Origin: a candidate division WOR-3 bacterium
GTDB lineage: Bacteria > Hydrothermota > 32-111
Length of the DNA: 64,000 nt
Direction of reading: 5' to 3'
Assembly (NCBI GenBank): GCA_039804105.1
Contig: JBDRZU010000001.1
Coordinates: forward strand, 672,001-736,000
The translations under genes were made by a program, and so were the position numbers. Positions 18,579 through 29,280 of the stretch are shown piece by piece. Under the pieces are notes generated by a model, which worked only from the letters and a program-made list of their open reading frames with translations, did not search any database and was not told the DNA's origin. How positions within the stretch are numbered: the first letter of the stretch is position 1; each line of letters opens with the position of its first letter.

Positions 18579-20227
18579 AACTCCTTTTTTACAAAATTTG
18601 AATTTTTTATATAGTACACATCAAAATTCAATCTATTCTTTTTGAAAGAAATTTTTCCAGAAACACCCTTATAATCTTGAACATTCTTCACATAATCGTT
18701 TATACCTTTTCGGTCCTTAACTCCACTTTTGAGTAAACCAGATAGAAACTTAAACAGATCATAAGAAAGTATAGCAAATCTATCTGGTTCTTCGTTGTAT
18801 TTATTGTAGTAATTAAGTTTGAAATTTTGAAGACCGGAGGAGAAATCATCAGCAACTCTTGGATAAATTATATAAGTTTTTTTTAAGTAATCTTTTGCAA
18901 GCCTTATAAGGTTATCATTGTACCATAGAGATGAACCATACAAATAACAGTTAATATCTTTAAAAGCTAACTGTGTGGTTAAAAGTATAGCATCCTCATA
19001 ATTCGTTGGAAGATATATAGCATCAAAATTCATTTTTTTTATCAAATCGATCTTTTCAATAAAGTCCTGTGTTCCAGGGCTATAAACTATATCAAAAACT
19101 ATATTGATTCCCAACTTTTTAGATTCTCTTTTAAAAGCACTACTCATACTTTTTCCAAAAGAATCATCAGGGTATATGATACCTACATTTTTAAGGGTTG
19201 AATCCTTTTTTATAATTTGAGCAGTAAAAATAGCTTCTTCAATGAGGGTTCTGTTTAAAAGGAATATATTATCTTCAAAATTCAGCAAATCTCCATCAGT
19301 TGCTGTTGGTGTAAAAACTGGCAGAATTTTTCCGTTGAAAAGATACGATCCCACAATAGCTGTTTCTTGACTCGTAAGCGGCCCTATCACGGCAACATAA
19401 CTCTTATCTTTGAATATTGAGTCAATCAAAAGAACAGTTTTAAAATTACTTCCCTCAGTATCGAAAACATTAATAACAATATTTTCATCTTCATTTGCTA
19501 TTGCACACCCTCTCAGTATCTGTTCTCCAAATCTTGCCATATCACCTGTTAACTGTAAAAGTAAGGCTATCTTTATTTTTGATTGTTTCGTTTCCTTTAT
19601 TCCGAACAACTCTTTTTTTGTTTCCTCAGATTCTGGATATTCCTTTATTAATTTTTGTTTGTAAACTTCAGATTTGTCAAGATCACCTTTTTCTTTATAG
19701 ATCTTATACAATGTTAACAGTACCAAAGGATTTATATAATCATCACTAAAATTATAGTAGATATATTCAAGTTCTGATTCATTTAAATAACTCTTTATAA
19801 GATTCTGTAGATTTTTCAAAGCATTATTTTTATTGGGAGAATTTTCGTTTGTGAATTTAAAAACTTCATAAATCCATTTGAAAGATTCAAAATAAAGTTT
19901 TTTGTTTATATAAGTGTTCGCCATCTCTACTCTGATATTGTTTGTTACAGAATCAAAAGGGAATCTTTCAGAAAGAAACTCAGCATAGGTTACTTTATTT
20001 GTAAAATATTGTGAATGGCTTTTTCTTATAAAACTAACCACTAAATCTTTCGTTCTTATATTTTCAGGATAGTTGGTTATAAAAAGATCGATTATCTTTA
20101 CACTATTTTCAAAATCATTGTTTTCAAGAAATTTTTTCCCATCAAGATAAAGTTTATCAATATCCTGTGAAAAGAGCATGAAAAAAAATAAAAAGAAAAA
20201 TAAAAGATTAACTATTTTTAATCTCAT
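18575..20227 (-). CDS. LppC/LpoA-like penicillin-binding protein activator (TPR-like + type I periplasmic binding fold)
   Basis: Signal peptide, TPR-like 'YPES', 'KIALLLQLTG', 'VIGPL', 'YKGVSGKISF'. Confidence 0.75.
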   Translation of the reverse strand: MRLKIVNLLFFFLFFFMLFSQDIDKLYLDGKKFLENNDFENSVKIIDLFITNYPENIRTKDLVVSFIRKSHSQYFTNKVTYAEFLSERFPFDSVTNNIRVEMANTYINKKLYFESFKWIYEVFKFTNENSPNKNNALKNLQNLIKSYLNESELEYIYYNFSDDYINPLVLLTLYKIYKEKGDLDKSEVYKQKLIKEYPESEETKKELFGIKETKQSKIKIALLLQLTGDMARFGEQILRGCAIANEDENIVINVFDTEGSNFKTVLLIDSIFKDKSYVAVIGPLTSQETAIVGSYLFNGKILPVFTPTATDGDLLNFEDNIFLLNRTLIEEAIFTAQIIKKDSTLKNVGIIYPDDSFGKSMSSAFKRESKKLGINIVFDIVYSPGTQDFIEKIDLIKKMNFDAIYLPTNYEDAILLTTQLAFKDINCYLYGSSLWYNDNLIRLAKDYLKKTYIIYPRVADDFSSGLQNFKLNYYNKYNEEPDRFAILSYDLFKFLSGLLKSGVKDRKGINDYVKNVQDYKGVSGKISFKKNRLNFDVYYIKNSNFVKKEF

Positions 20228-20627
20228 AGGTATAACTCACATCACAACTTTTTTTTAACATTGCAGAAACAGAACAGTACTTGTTAAAAGACAGTTCAAT
20301 AGCTCTCTCTACTTTGTCCTTTTCAAGATTCTCACCCTCAAAAAAATATTGTATATTGATTTTTGTGTAAACTTTTGGATGTTCGTCTGCTCTTTCCCCG
20401 GACACGGTTAATTTAAAATTTTTAACATTTTGTCTCATCTTTTTTAATATGGATATAACATCCATTCCCGTACATCCTGCAAGTGATACCAACACAAGTT
20501 CCATAGGAGAAAAAAAATTTTTCATCACCTCTTCATCTTCTGATGAATTCATTATTATCTCGCTGGTTCCTTTTTTCGATACAAATTTTAAATCCTCTTT
20601 CCATTCTATATTAACAGTTTTTTTCAT
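20208..20627 (-). CDS. OsmC family protein (YhfA-like)
   Basis: 'SPMEL...LAGCTGMDV', 'KYCSVS'. Confidence 0.92.
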   Translation of the reverse strand: MKKTVNIEWKEDLKFVSKKGTSEIIMNSSEDEEVMKNFFSPMELVLVSLAGCTGMDVISILKKMRQNVKNFKLTVSGERADEHPKVYTKINIQYFFEGENLEKDKVERAIELSFNKYCSVSAMLKKSCDVSYTYEIKNS

Positions 20628-21112
20628 TTTTTCTCCTTATTTTCAATTATTTTTATATTATAGTTAAATTTTTCTTCAGGTTCAAGATAATCTACTATTA
20701 AAATTCCATTGATATGGTCAACCTCATGCTGGATAGCTCTTGCATATATACCATCAAAAGTGTTTTCTTTTGGATTACCATTCTCATCAAAGTATTTAAC
20801 CTTTACAGATTTACTCCTTGAGATGTTTACATTTAGGTCAATAAAAGATAAACAACCTTCCATCATCTTTTCCTTTTCTTCTGAAAACCATGTTATTACA
20901 GGGTTAACCATTACATAAATTTCTTTTTCATCTCCAATGAGTATGATCCTTTTGGTTATACCTATCTGGTTTGCAGCAAGACCAATGCCTTCCTCCAAAA
21001 GCATTCCTTCCTTCATCGCATTGATTATATTTTTCAATGTCTTATCAAAAGTTTTTATCTCTTCAGATTTTATCCTCAATACAGGGTCAGGATATTTCCT
21101 TATTTTTTTCAT
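20624..21112 (-). CDS. def: peptide deformylase
   Basis: GIGLAANQ, EGCLS, QHEVDH. Confidence 0.96.
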   Translation of the reverse strand: MKKIRKYPDPVLRIKSEEIKTFDKTLKNIINAMKEGMLLEEGIGLAANQIGITKRIILIGDEKEIYVMVNPVITWFSEEKEKMMEGCLSFIDLNVNISRSKSVKVKYFDENGNPKENTFDGIYARAIQHEVDHINGILIVDYLEPEEKFNYNIKIIENKEKK

Positions 21113-22829
21113 CGTATACCACCTTTATTCCAACTTCTTTTAACTGTTTCTCAGAAACATAATCTGGAGTATTTTCCATCAATCCAATCCCATTCAATGT
21201 TTTAGGAAAAGCGATAACATCTCTTATATTTTCCTTTTTCAACAGAAGAGAAACTAACCTATCAATACCTGGTGCTATTCCTCCATGTGGAGGGGCTCCA
21301 TATTTAAACGCTTCAAGTAAAAATCCAAATTTTGATTCAAGTTCTTCCTCACTCATTCCGATTATTTTCATAATCTCTTTTTGAATGTTTCTATCATGAA
21401 TCCTGATACTCCCGGAAGCAAGTTCAACACCGTTACATACAAGGTCATAAGTATCAGCTCTCACTCTCAATGGATCTTTTGATAATAACTCAAGATGTTC
21501 CTTTTTGGGCATAGTGAACATATGATGACATGCGATATATCTTTTTTCTTCTTCATCATATTCAAAGAGAGGAAAATCAACAACCCACAAAAAGTTAAAC
21601 TCTTTCTCATCGAAGAGATTTTTTAAAGAAGCCAATTTTTTCCTTAACATTCCAAGATACTCAAGTGTTCTTTTCTTTTTTCCACTTATAAAGAGTATAG
21701 TCCCCTTTTGAATTCCAAAAAGATTCTGATTAAAATATTTTGATACGGACCCAGACATCGTCGAACCATCAATTTTTAAATATGCAATTCCATTTCCACC
21801 AGTCGATTTTATAAAATCGTTCAAAATGTCTATCTCTTTCCTTGTGATCTCATTTTCAAAAACTATTCCTCCAGTAAATTCGGAATCGGTGAAGACCTTA
21901 AAATCTGTTTTTTTAACTATGTCAGTATAATCTTTTATGGAAAGATCGAATCTCAGATCAGGTTTATCTGTTCCATATTTTTCAAAAACTTCATCATAGG
22001 TCAACCTTTTAAAAGGTATTGTAACCTCCATGTTGAAAATCTCTTTAAATATTTTATGTATCAATCTTTCTATCAATGAAAGTATATCATCCCTTTCGAT
22101 AAAAGACATTTCGATATCAAGTTGCGTAAATTCTGGCTGTCTATCTGCTCTTTGATCCTCATCTCTAAAACATCTTGCAATCTGAAAATATCTATCAAAT
22201 CCAGCAACCATTAAGAGTTGTTTATATATTTGAGGTGATTGAACGAGAGCATAAAATTTCCCCTTATGGATCCTCGATGGAACGAGAAAATCCCTTGCAC
22301 CTTCAGGTGTAGATTTTGACATTATAGGTGTTTCGATCTCCACAAAACCTTCCTCAAACAAAAAGTTTCTGATCGTTTTTATAATTTCAGATCGTTTTAT
22401 GATCGTTTCTTTCATGCAATTTCTTCTCAGATCAAGGTATCTATATTTCAACCTGAGTTCTTCTCCCGCTTTGACATCATCTTCTAAAACGAAAGGTAAA
22501 ACCTCAGATTTGTTGATCAATTTTAAATCCTTCAAATCAACCTCTATCTCTCCAGTTTTCATTTCTTTGTTTATCATATTATCAGGTCTTTTCTTTACAA
22601 CACCTGTTATCTGTATCACATCTTCGCTTCTCAACTCTTTCACTTTTAATATTAGATCCTTTTTATCCGTGAAGATTTGAACAACTCCACTTCTATCCCT
22701 GAGATCTATAAAAACTATGTTACCATGATCCCTTACTCTGTTGACCCAACCGATCAGTTTAATCTCTTTTTCTAAAAATTCTGAATTTACAAATCCACAC
22801 ATCGAGGTTCTTAATGAAGTATTAAACAT
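21087..22829 (-). CDS. aspS: aspartate--tRNA ligase (probably non-discriminating Asp/Asn type)
   Basis: 'RDHG..FIDLRD', 'RLKYRYLDLR', 'QSPQ', 'FRDED.RADRQPEF', 'GAPPHGG'. Confidence 0.97.
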   Translation of the reverse strand: MFNTSLRTSMCGFVNSEFLEKEIKLIGWVNRVRDHGNIVFIDLRDRSGVVQIFTDKKDLILKVKELRSEDVIQITGVVKKRPDNMINKEMKTGEIEVDLKDLKLINKSEVLPFVLEDDVKAGEELRLKYRYLDLRRNCMKETIIKRSEIIKTIRNFLFEEGFVEIETPIMSKSTPEGARDFLVPSRIHKGKFYALVQSPQIYKQLLMVAGFDRYFQIARCFRDEDQRADRQPEFTQLDIEMSFIERDDILSLIERLIHKIFKEIFNMEVTIPFKRLTYDEVFEKYGTDKPDLRFDLSIKDYTDIVKKTDFKVFTDSEFTGGIVFENEITRKEIDILNDFIKSTGGNGIAYLKIDGSTMSGSVSKYFNQNLFGIQKGTILFISGKKKRTLEYLGMLRKKLASLKNLFDEKEFNFLWVVDFPLFEYDEEEKRYIACHHMFTMPKKEHLELLSKDPLRVRADTYDLVCNGVELASGSIRIHDRNIQKEIMKIIGMSEEELESKFGFLLEAFKYGAPPHGGIAPGIDRLVSLLLKKENIRDVIAFPKTLNGIGLMENTPDYVSEKQLKEVGIKVVYDEKNKEIS

Positions 22830-24098
22830 TTATTCTCCATTTTTAATCTCATTTAATAGATCTTCCAAATTTAATGGGATCTCTTTCTGAACACCATTTT
22901 TCATGTTTTTTAAAGATACCTTTCCCCTTGACATCTCTTCCTCTCCAAAAATCAAAACATATTTTGCTTTCTTTTTTGAAGCCAGACCTATCAGTTTGCT
23001 TATTCTTCCCTCATTAAAAGATATTTCTGATCTTATACCTTTTTCTCTCAAATCTTTTAAAACATTCAATCCTTTTTCATAAGTATCTTTTCCAAAATGA
23101 ATTATAAAAACTTCTATTGAATTTTCTTCAATTATTTTTTCTTTTATTTCCTCTGAAATTGAGAGTAATAACCTTTCAACTCCACCTGCAAAACCAACAC
23201 CAACAATTTCCTTTTTAAATATTTCATCTTTTTTATATCTGTATCTTCCACCACCTATCAAGGTTGACTGGGAGCCCAATTTCCCACCTGTCTCAACAAA
23301 CTCGAATACATTTTTTTCGTAATAGTCAAGCCCTCTGACAATATTTGAATCAACCACAAATTCAATTCCATTTTTCGTGAGATAATTTTTCAGTTCTTCA
23401 AAATCCTTTTTACAATCTTCACATAAATTATCTATAATCTTAGGACCTCTTGATGTTACATTTTTACACTTTTCATTTTTACAATCGAAAACTCTTAAAG
23501 GATTCGTTTCGACTCTTCTTTTGCAATCTTCACAGAGATTATCTTTCTCATTTCTTAAAAAATTTTTTAGAATTTCAAGATAAGGTTTTCTGCATATTTC
23601 ACACCCAATGTTGTTCAGATGAAGAGAATATTCCACTTTAAAACTCATTAAAATATTTTTAGCTATTGTAATAACTTCTCCATCCATCTCACTTTTAAAA
23701 TCACCGATAGATTCACATCCATATTGATAAAATTCCCTTAACCTTCCCTTTTGAGGTCTTTCATGTCTGAAAATTTTTGTAAAATAGAAAAATTTTGTAA
23801 AAACCGATGAATCCAAAATGTTTTTTTCAGATAGCCCAGCGATAAGTGGTGCAGTTTCTTCAGCTTTCAAAACTATTTTCTGAGAAGTTGAAACAACTTC
23901 AAACATCTCTTTTTTGACTATATCACTTTCAACACCTATTGTTCTTTTAAATATCTCTTCAGGTTGAAGTATGGATGATTCAACGAATATATAACCAAAA
24001 GATTCAAATACTTTTTCAATGGTTTTTTTTAAACCATAGAAAAGTAAAGATTCTTCAGGTAGAACATCATAAGTTCCCTTAATCTTTTCAAATCCCAT
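22830..24098 (-). CDS. hisS: histidine--tRNA ligase
   Basis: 'FRHERPQKGRLREF.Q', 'VRGLDYY', 'GGGRY'. Confidence 0.96.
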   Translation of the reverse strand: MGFEKIKGTYDVLPEESLLFYGLKKTIEKVFESFGYIFVESSILQPEEIFKRTIGVESDIVKKEMFEVVSTSQKIVLKAEETAPLIAGLSEKNILDSSVFTKFFYFTKIFRHERPQKGRLREFYQYGCESIGDFKSEMDGEVITIAKNILMSFKVEYSLHLNNIGCEICRKPYLEILKNFLRNEKDNLCEDCKRRVETNPLRVFDCKNEKCKNVTSRGPKIIDNLCEDCKKDFEELKNYLTKNGIEFVVDSNIVRGLDYYEKNVFEFVETGGKLGSQSTLIGGGRYRYKKDEIFKKEIVGVGFAGGVERLLLSISEEIKEKIIEENSIEVFIIHFGKDTYEKGLNVLKDLREKGIRSEISFNEGRISKLIGLASKKKAKYVLIFGEEEMSRGKVSLKNMKNGVQKEIPLNLEDLLNEIKNGE

Positions 24099-24540
24099 CT
24101 GTCCTCAACTTTTTATCTTTTAGTATTACATATATCAAAATAACTCCCGAGATATTTGCAAAGAGATCGAACAGAGAGCAACCTCTGTTTTTCAAAAATA
24201 TCTGATGCAGTTCATCAAACATCCCTATCAAAAATACTACTAAAAAAGTTAACCTTATGTTGAAGTTAAAACCTTTGTTCAAATCTTTTTTGGCAGCCAA
24301 AAAAACTAAAACTGCCAAAATAAAATATTGAAGAAAATGATATATTTTGTCAAGATTTAATGCAAGTATTTTGTAAAAAACTCCTTCTTTTGCAATAAAA
24401 AATTTTCTCAAATTAAAAAATATTCTCTTTAAAAAATTTCCTTTATCATACTCATCATTAAAATTCATAGATCCCACAATAAATATAAAGATTGTCCATA
24501 AGGATGGAGGTAACCAGTGCAGAATTCTTTTAAGTTTCAA
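24088..24540 (-). CDS. VanZ family membrane protein
   Basis: 'DKIYHFLQY', 'DELHQ.F...R..S..D..AN'. Confidence 0.88.
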   Translation of the reverse strand: MKLKRILHWLPPSLWTIFIFIVGSMNFNDEYDKGNFLKRIFFNLRKFFIAKEGVFYKILALNLDKIYHFLQYFILAVLVFLAAKKDLNKGFNFNIRLTFLVVFLIGMFDELHQIFLKNRGCSLFDLFANISGVILIYVILKDKKLRTDGI

Positions 24541-24982
24541 GATCGTTCAATTCCTTTTCAAAAATTTCTTTTATTTCAATTTCATCCTTTGCACCAAAAA
24601 TCTTTTGTTTAAAATTTTTTGATGATAACAATCTTTTTAAATATCCCAATAATTCAAGATATCTGGCTTTCAGATTCGAAGGGAATGAAATGATAAATAA
24701 AAACTTTACGTTATCATTTTCGTTTAAATTAATTCCTTTTTCAGAAAATCCTATAATAATTTTTATGTTCTCTATTTTTTCATCCTGATCTTTTAAAAAA
24801 AGTGTTTCATCGAACACAAAAGGGAATGAAAAAATCTGGTCATCAAAAATTTTTTTCTCTTTTTCATCTAAAATTTTATCATCAAAAAATTTCTTTAATA
24901 GAGTTTTCGGGAATTCTAATATATCTTCACTTTTAATTTTATTAACAACAATTTCAATCCAGTTGGTTCTATTTTCCATCAT
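24530..24982 (-). CDS. degenerate PTS EIIA (Ntr/Fru-type) domain protein lacking the phospho-His
   Basis: C-terminal half matches EIIA ('IGFSEKGI', 'VKFLFII..P', 'YLELLG.L.RLL...F...I..AK'); the protein contains no His. Confidence 0.6.
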   Translation of the reverse strand: MMENRTNWIEIVVNKIKSEDILEFPKTLLKKFFDDKILDEKEKKIFDDQIFSFPFVFDETLFLKDQDEKIENIKIIIGFSEKGINLNENDNVKFLFIISFPSNLKARYLELLGYLKRLLSSKNFKQKIFGAKDEIEIKEIFEKELNDLET

Positions 24983-26292
24983 AATATGTATTTTTTCCTA
25001 TCACCTGTTATGCTTACTTCTTTAACCTTGCTTTTAACGAAACTGGAATCGATTAAAATATTCTTAGGATTATAATCTTTTCCTTCAAACATTATATCTT
25101 CAAGAACTTTGTTAACTATTGTTCTTAAGCGTCTTGCTCCAATATCTTCAAGTTTTTGGTTGTACTCTTCTGCGATAGATGATATCAGTTCGATCGCATC
25201 ATCCGAAAACTCTATATCAATCCCATCAACTTTCAAAAGGTTCTTATACTGTTTCAAAATAGAGTTATCAGGTTCTTTAAGAATTCTAATAAAATCATTT
25301 TTCCCTAACCTATCAAGTTCAACTCGAACAGGGAATCTTCCTTGAAGTTCAGGCATAAGATCCGATACAGAACTGTTTGAAAATGCTCCCGCTGCAATGA
25401 AAAGGATATGGTCGGTTTTAACTGAACCAAATTTTGTCATAACAGTTGTTCCCTCAACTATTGGAAGTAAATCCCTCTGAACACCACTTCTTGAAACATC
25501 CACTCCAGCCCCTCTTTCAGGAGCGATGATTTTATCGATCTCATCGATAAAAACTATACCAAAATTTTCAACTCTGTCTTTTGCAACATCTATAACTTTA
25601 TCCTTATCTATTTTCTTGTTTATTTCCCTTTCTTTTATTATCTCTTTTGCGTTCTTTACTTTTACCTTTCTTTTTCTTGTTTTTTTGGGCGAAATATCCT
25701 TTATAAATTCCTGAAAAGATTCTAAAGATTCAAACCCTGGAACAGCAAAAATATCAAATATTGGTCTATCACTTTCCTGTACATTCAATTCTATTTCTCG
25801 ATCATCGAGTATTCCATCTCTATACATCTGTTGAAACTTTTTCCTTGAACTTTCTTCATAAGCCTCAATACCGGGGAACACGAGATCGAGTATTTCGTTT
25901 TCAACAGTTTTTGAAACTTCATTTTCAAGATCGTTGTACATCTCTTTGAATACCATATCATAACCTATATTCATCAGATCTCTTATGATCGACTCAACAT
26001 CTTTTCCTACATATCCTATTTCTGTGAATTTTGTTGCCTCAACTTTTATAAAAGGTGCTTTCAAAATCATCGATAATCTTCTTGCAATCTCTGTCTTTCC
26101 AACTCCTGTTGGACCAATCATGATAATGTTGCTCAAAAAAATGTCCTCTCTCAATTTTTCATCAACAAGTTTTCTTCTGATTCTGTTTCTAACAGCGATT
26201 GCGACCTGTTTCTTTGCCTCATCCTGTCCAACTATATATTTGTTCAACTCTTTTACAATCTCTTTTGGGTTTAATTCAGTATCCTTGATCAT
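24979..26292 (-). CDS. hslU: ATP-dependent protease ATPase subunit HslU
   Basis: GPTGVGKTEIARR, EATKFTE.GYVG, FIDEIDK, ELQGRFP, GARRL, C-terminal YIL. Confidence 0.97.
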   Translation of the reverse strand: MIKDTELNPKEIVKELNKYIVGQDEAKKQVAIAVRNRIRRKLVDEKLREDIFLSNIIMIGPTGVGKTEIARRLSMILKAPFIKVEATKFTEIGYVGKDVESIIRDLMNIGYDMVFKEMYNDLENEVSKTVENEILDLVFPGIEAYEESSRKKFQQMYRDGILDDREIELNVQESDRPIFDIFAVPGFESLESFQEFIKDISPKKTRKRKVKVKNAKEIIKEREINKKIDKDKVIDVAKDRVENFGIVFIDEIDKIIAPERGAGVDVSRSGVQRDLLPIVEGTTVMTKFGSVKTDHILFIAAGAFSNSSVSDLMPELQGRFPVRVELDRLGKNDFIRILKEPDNSILKQYKNLLKVDGIDIEFSDDAIELISSIAEEYNQKLEDIGARRLRTIVNKVLEDIMFEGKDYNPKNILIDSSFVKSKVKEVSITGDRKKYIL

Positions 26293-26819
26293 TTCAAAAC
26301 CTCAACAGTTAAACTATCATTTGTATAAATACAGATTTCTGAAACTATTTTCAACGAGTTTACAACTATATCTTCAGCGGAAAGATTTGAATATCTTACA
26401 AGTGCTCTTGCTGCTGCATAAGCGTAAGCACTCCCTGAACCTATTGAAACTATACCATCATCAGGTTCAATTACATCTCCTTTTCCAGATATTATAAGGG
26501 AATGTTCTTTATCCATAACAACAAGCATCGCTTCAAGTTGTCTTAAAATTTTATCCTGCCTCCATTCCTTCGTTAGATCAGTCGCAGCTTTTATTATATC
26601 TCCTTTTGAGTTCATAAGGTACCTTTCAAATTTATCAAAAAGTGTTAACGCATCAGCAACCGAACCAGCAAACCCTGCAAGAACTTTACCTTCATAAAGT
26701 TTTTTTACTTTTCTTGCACTTTTTTTAACTATCGTTTCGCCAAGCGTAACCTGCCCATCTCCACCCATCACGGTAATTCCATCTTTTCTTAAACCAAGTA
26801 TTGTTGTTGATCTTATCAT
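26289..26819 (-). CDS. hslV: ATP-dependent protease subunit HslV
   Basis: TTI..., GDGQVT, GFAGS.ADA, IGSG, ICIYTN. Confidence 0.97.
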   Translation of the reverse strand: MIRSTTILGLRKDGITVMGGDGQVTLGETIVKKSARKVKKLYEGKVLAGFAGSVADALTLFDKFERYLMNSKGDIIKAATDLTKEWRQDKILRQLEAMLVVMDKEHSLIISGKGDVIEPDDGIVSIGSGSAYAYAAARALVRYSNLSAEDIVVNSLKIVSEICIYTNDSLTVEVLK

Positions 26820-26822
26820 ATA

Positions 26823-29273
26823 TCACTCCAAATAATTGATTAAAGAATCTATCCTTGTTTGCAATTTTAAAAAAGTAAGATTCTCAAAAACTTTTTTCTT
26901 TAAAATCTCTTTCAGATCATTTCTTTCTTTATAAAAAATTAACAAAAAAATCAAAAGTTCAGTTTTTGTTAAAATATTTTTGCCAGGACTGATCGATGAT
27001 AATTTTTCGATAAATTTTCTTAAAACCTCTTCACCAAGTTCTTTTTTATACTTAACCACAAGATTTATAGTCAATTTTTCTAATTTGTTTATTATATCAT
27101 TTTTATTTAAATAATCAAGTTTCGTAGAAGGCCAAAAACCAGATAAAAGATCAAGTTTTACCTTATGAAATACTATATGATCAGGAATTTTTTCTTTTTC
27201 TGAAAATGTTTTTAGAAGTTCATTTAAATAATATACTGATTTTTCAAAATCAAAAAGATTGAAATAAAGATGCGATAAATTGTTGAGAATTCTTCTCTTC
27301 AAACCTATATTTGTTTGAACAAGTACTCCTGCCAAAAGTGAAGAAAAGATATCAAGAGATGTTGAAAAATCACCAATTTTCGAGTAAAGAACAGCAAGGT
27401 TAAGGTATAAACTCTGTAAAGCGTTATCCATATTTGAATATTTAAAAATCTCAAGCGCCCTATTATAATTTTCCAAAGAGAGTTCAAAATTTTCCATATC
27501 ATCATACAAAATTCCCAAACTCATAAAAACTTTTCCCAAATCTCCAATAAAATTGTTATCTCTACAGTTTTTCTTACATCTTTCAAGAAAGAATTCTGCT
27601 TTTCCATAATCCTCAATTATTATGTTAAAATTTCCAACAAGAAAATCGTACGTCATTTTCTGCCTGTTATCAAGATTTTCATACTGTATTTTGTTCATCA
27701 AATTTTTAAACTGTTTCAATTCAAGATTGTTGTAAAGAAAACTAAGATAAAGCAACTTTTGGGTGTTCGATTTACACATTTTTAAATTAAGTTTTTTCCC
27801 CTTTATTAGATCAAGCAATATTTTTATATTTGTTCTTTCCTCTTTATCCTTAATTTTTTGAGAAAAGATCTCTGCTCCATTTATATTCCCTTCTGAAATA
27901 AAAATTTTCGACATGATCACAAGTTTTTTTTCATTTTCACTTTTTATACGTTCAACCATCTTTTTCGAAAGAATATTGTCACCATAATAGTATAACCTTT
28001 CGGAAACTTTAATAAGGTTTTTATCATCTCCTTTCAAAAAACCAAATTTTAAATCCTCAAAGGTTTTTAAAGATTCAGGATATTTTAATTTTATTTTAAA
28101 TTTCTTGGCAAGATAAAAGTATAATGGAGGATACATATACCTGTAATAACCATTTATATTTTTTAAAACCAATCTGTTTGAAAGGTATTCTAAAATTTTA
28201 AAATCATTTTTACTTTTTATTTTACGAGTATCAATAACGAGTCCATATTTTAAAATGCTTTCAAATTTTGATTCTAAATCTTGACCCAACTCGAAATCAT
28301 CATTTAAAAATTCATAAAGATCAAAATCAAACAATTCTTTCTTTTCTCTTATAAATTTTGATACAAGGAACCTGTTTCCACTTGTAATATCAAATAAAAA
28401 ATTCAACAAAAAAATCGACTTCTCTTTTAAGAATAGTTCCAAATTTCTTGAAATTTCATCAAGATAGAGATTTTCTATTGTAAATTCTCTGTAATCTGTT
28501 TTTTTCACAATATTTAAAATTCTATTCAAATTTCCATCTTCCTCGATTGATAAAGGATTATAAAAAAAGCATATATTTTTATCAGATACATTATCAAAAT
28601 ATTTGTCAAAATCATAAAAACAAAAATTTTTATATTCTCTTTCTAAAACATTTTTTAAATATGTTTTTCCAGATCTGAAACCTCCTTTTATTATTACATT
28701 TTTACCTTCATTCAAACATTTTCTTATTTCCCTTTCACACCTAAATGGAATTTTTATTTCTCCAATCCTGTTTTTTTCAAATATTGTTATACAATTTTTC
28801 CCCTTTTCCTTTGATGAGTACAAAGCGTTATCAGCGTTTTCAAGTACACTTTCAATATTTTCAACATCACCTTCTGAAACTCCAAATGAAAGTGTTATTC
28901 TTATCATATTGTTGTTAAAAATTATAGGATTTTTTTCAATTCTTTCCTTAAAACTTTCCAGAACCCTTACAAAATCTTCCTTTGTTTTCAAAGAGGATAT
29001 CAGAATAAACTCATCACCTCCATATCTTATCGGGAAATCTCCTCGTGAGGAAAATTCTGTAAGAATTTCTGAAACTTTTTTGATAACAAAATCTCCAGTT
29101 TGATGTCCATAAATATCATTGATACTTTTAAAATCATCTATATCAAATATTGATAAAACTATTTTATCTGAAAGGAAATTTTTTAAATTGTTAAAAAACC
29201 TTTTATTGAAAATACCAGTAAGATCATCATAATATACAGGTTCCAATCCCTTTAACTTCTCTTCCACTCCCAT
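26823..29273 (-). CDS. diguanylate cyclase (GGDEF) fused to P-loop domain and C-terminal TPRs
   Basis: 'DDLTG.FN', 'DIDDFK.IND.YGH..GD', 'RYGGDEF'; Walker A 'GGFRSGKT'; TPR-like 'LG..Y...YNRALEIF...NLA.LY'. Confidence 0.85.
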   Translation of the reverse strand: MGVEEKLKGLEPVYYDDLTGIFNKRFFNNLKNFLSDKIVLSIFDIDDFKSINDIYGHQTGDFVIKKVSEILTEFSSRGDFPIRYGGDEFILISSLKTKEDFVRVLESFKERIEKNPIIFNNNMIRITLSFGVSEGDVENIESVLENADNALYSSKEKGKNCITIFEKNRIGEIKIPFRCEREIRKCLNEGKNVIIKGGFRSGKTYLKNVLEREYKNFCFYDFDKYFDNVSDKNICFFYNPLSIEEDGNLNRILNIVKKTDYREFTIENLYLDEISRNLELFLKEKSIFLLNFLFDITSGNRFLVSKFIREKKELFDFDLYEFLNDDFELGQDLESKFESILKYGLVIDTRKIKSKNDFKILEYLSNRLVLKNINGYYRYMYPPLYFYLAKKFKIKLKYPESLKTFEDLKFGFLKGDDKNLIKVSERLYYYGDNILSKKMVERIKSENEKKLVIMSKIFISEGNINGAEIFSQKIKDKEERTNIKILLDLIKGKKLNLKMCKSNTQKLLYLSFLYNNLELKQFKNLMNKIQYENLDNRQKMTYDFLVGNFNIIIEDYGKAEFFLERCKKNCRDNNFIGDLGKVFMSLGILYDDMENFELSLENYNRALEIFKYSNMDNALQSLYLNLAVLYSKIGDFSTSLDIFSSLLAGVLVQTNIGLKRRILNNLSHLYFNLFDFEKSVYYLNELLKTFSEKEKIPDHIVFHKVKLDLLSGFWPSTKLDYLNKNDIINKLEKLTINLVVKYKKELGEEVLRKFIEKLSSISPGKNILTKTELLIFLLIFYKERNDLKEILKKKVFENLTFLKLQTRIDSLINYLE

Positions 29274-29280
29274 ATAAATT

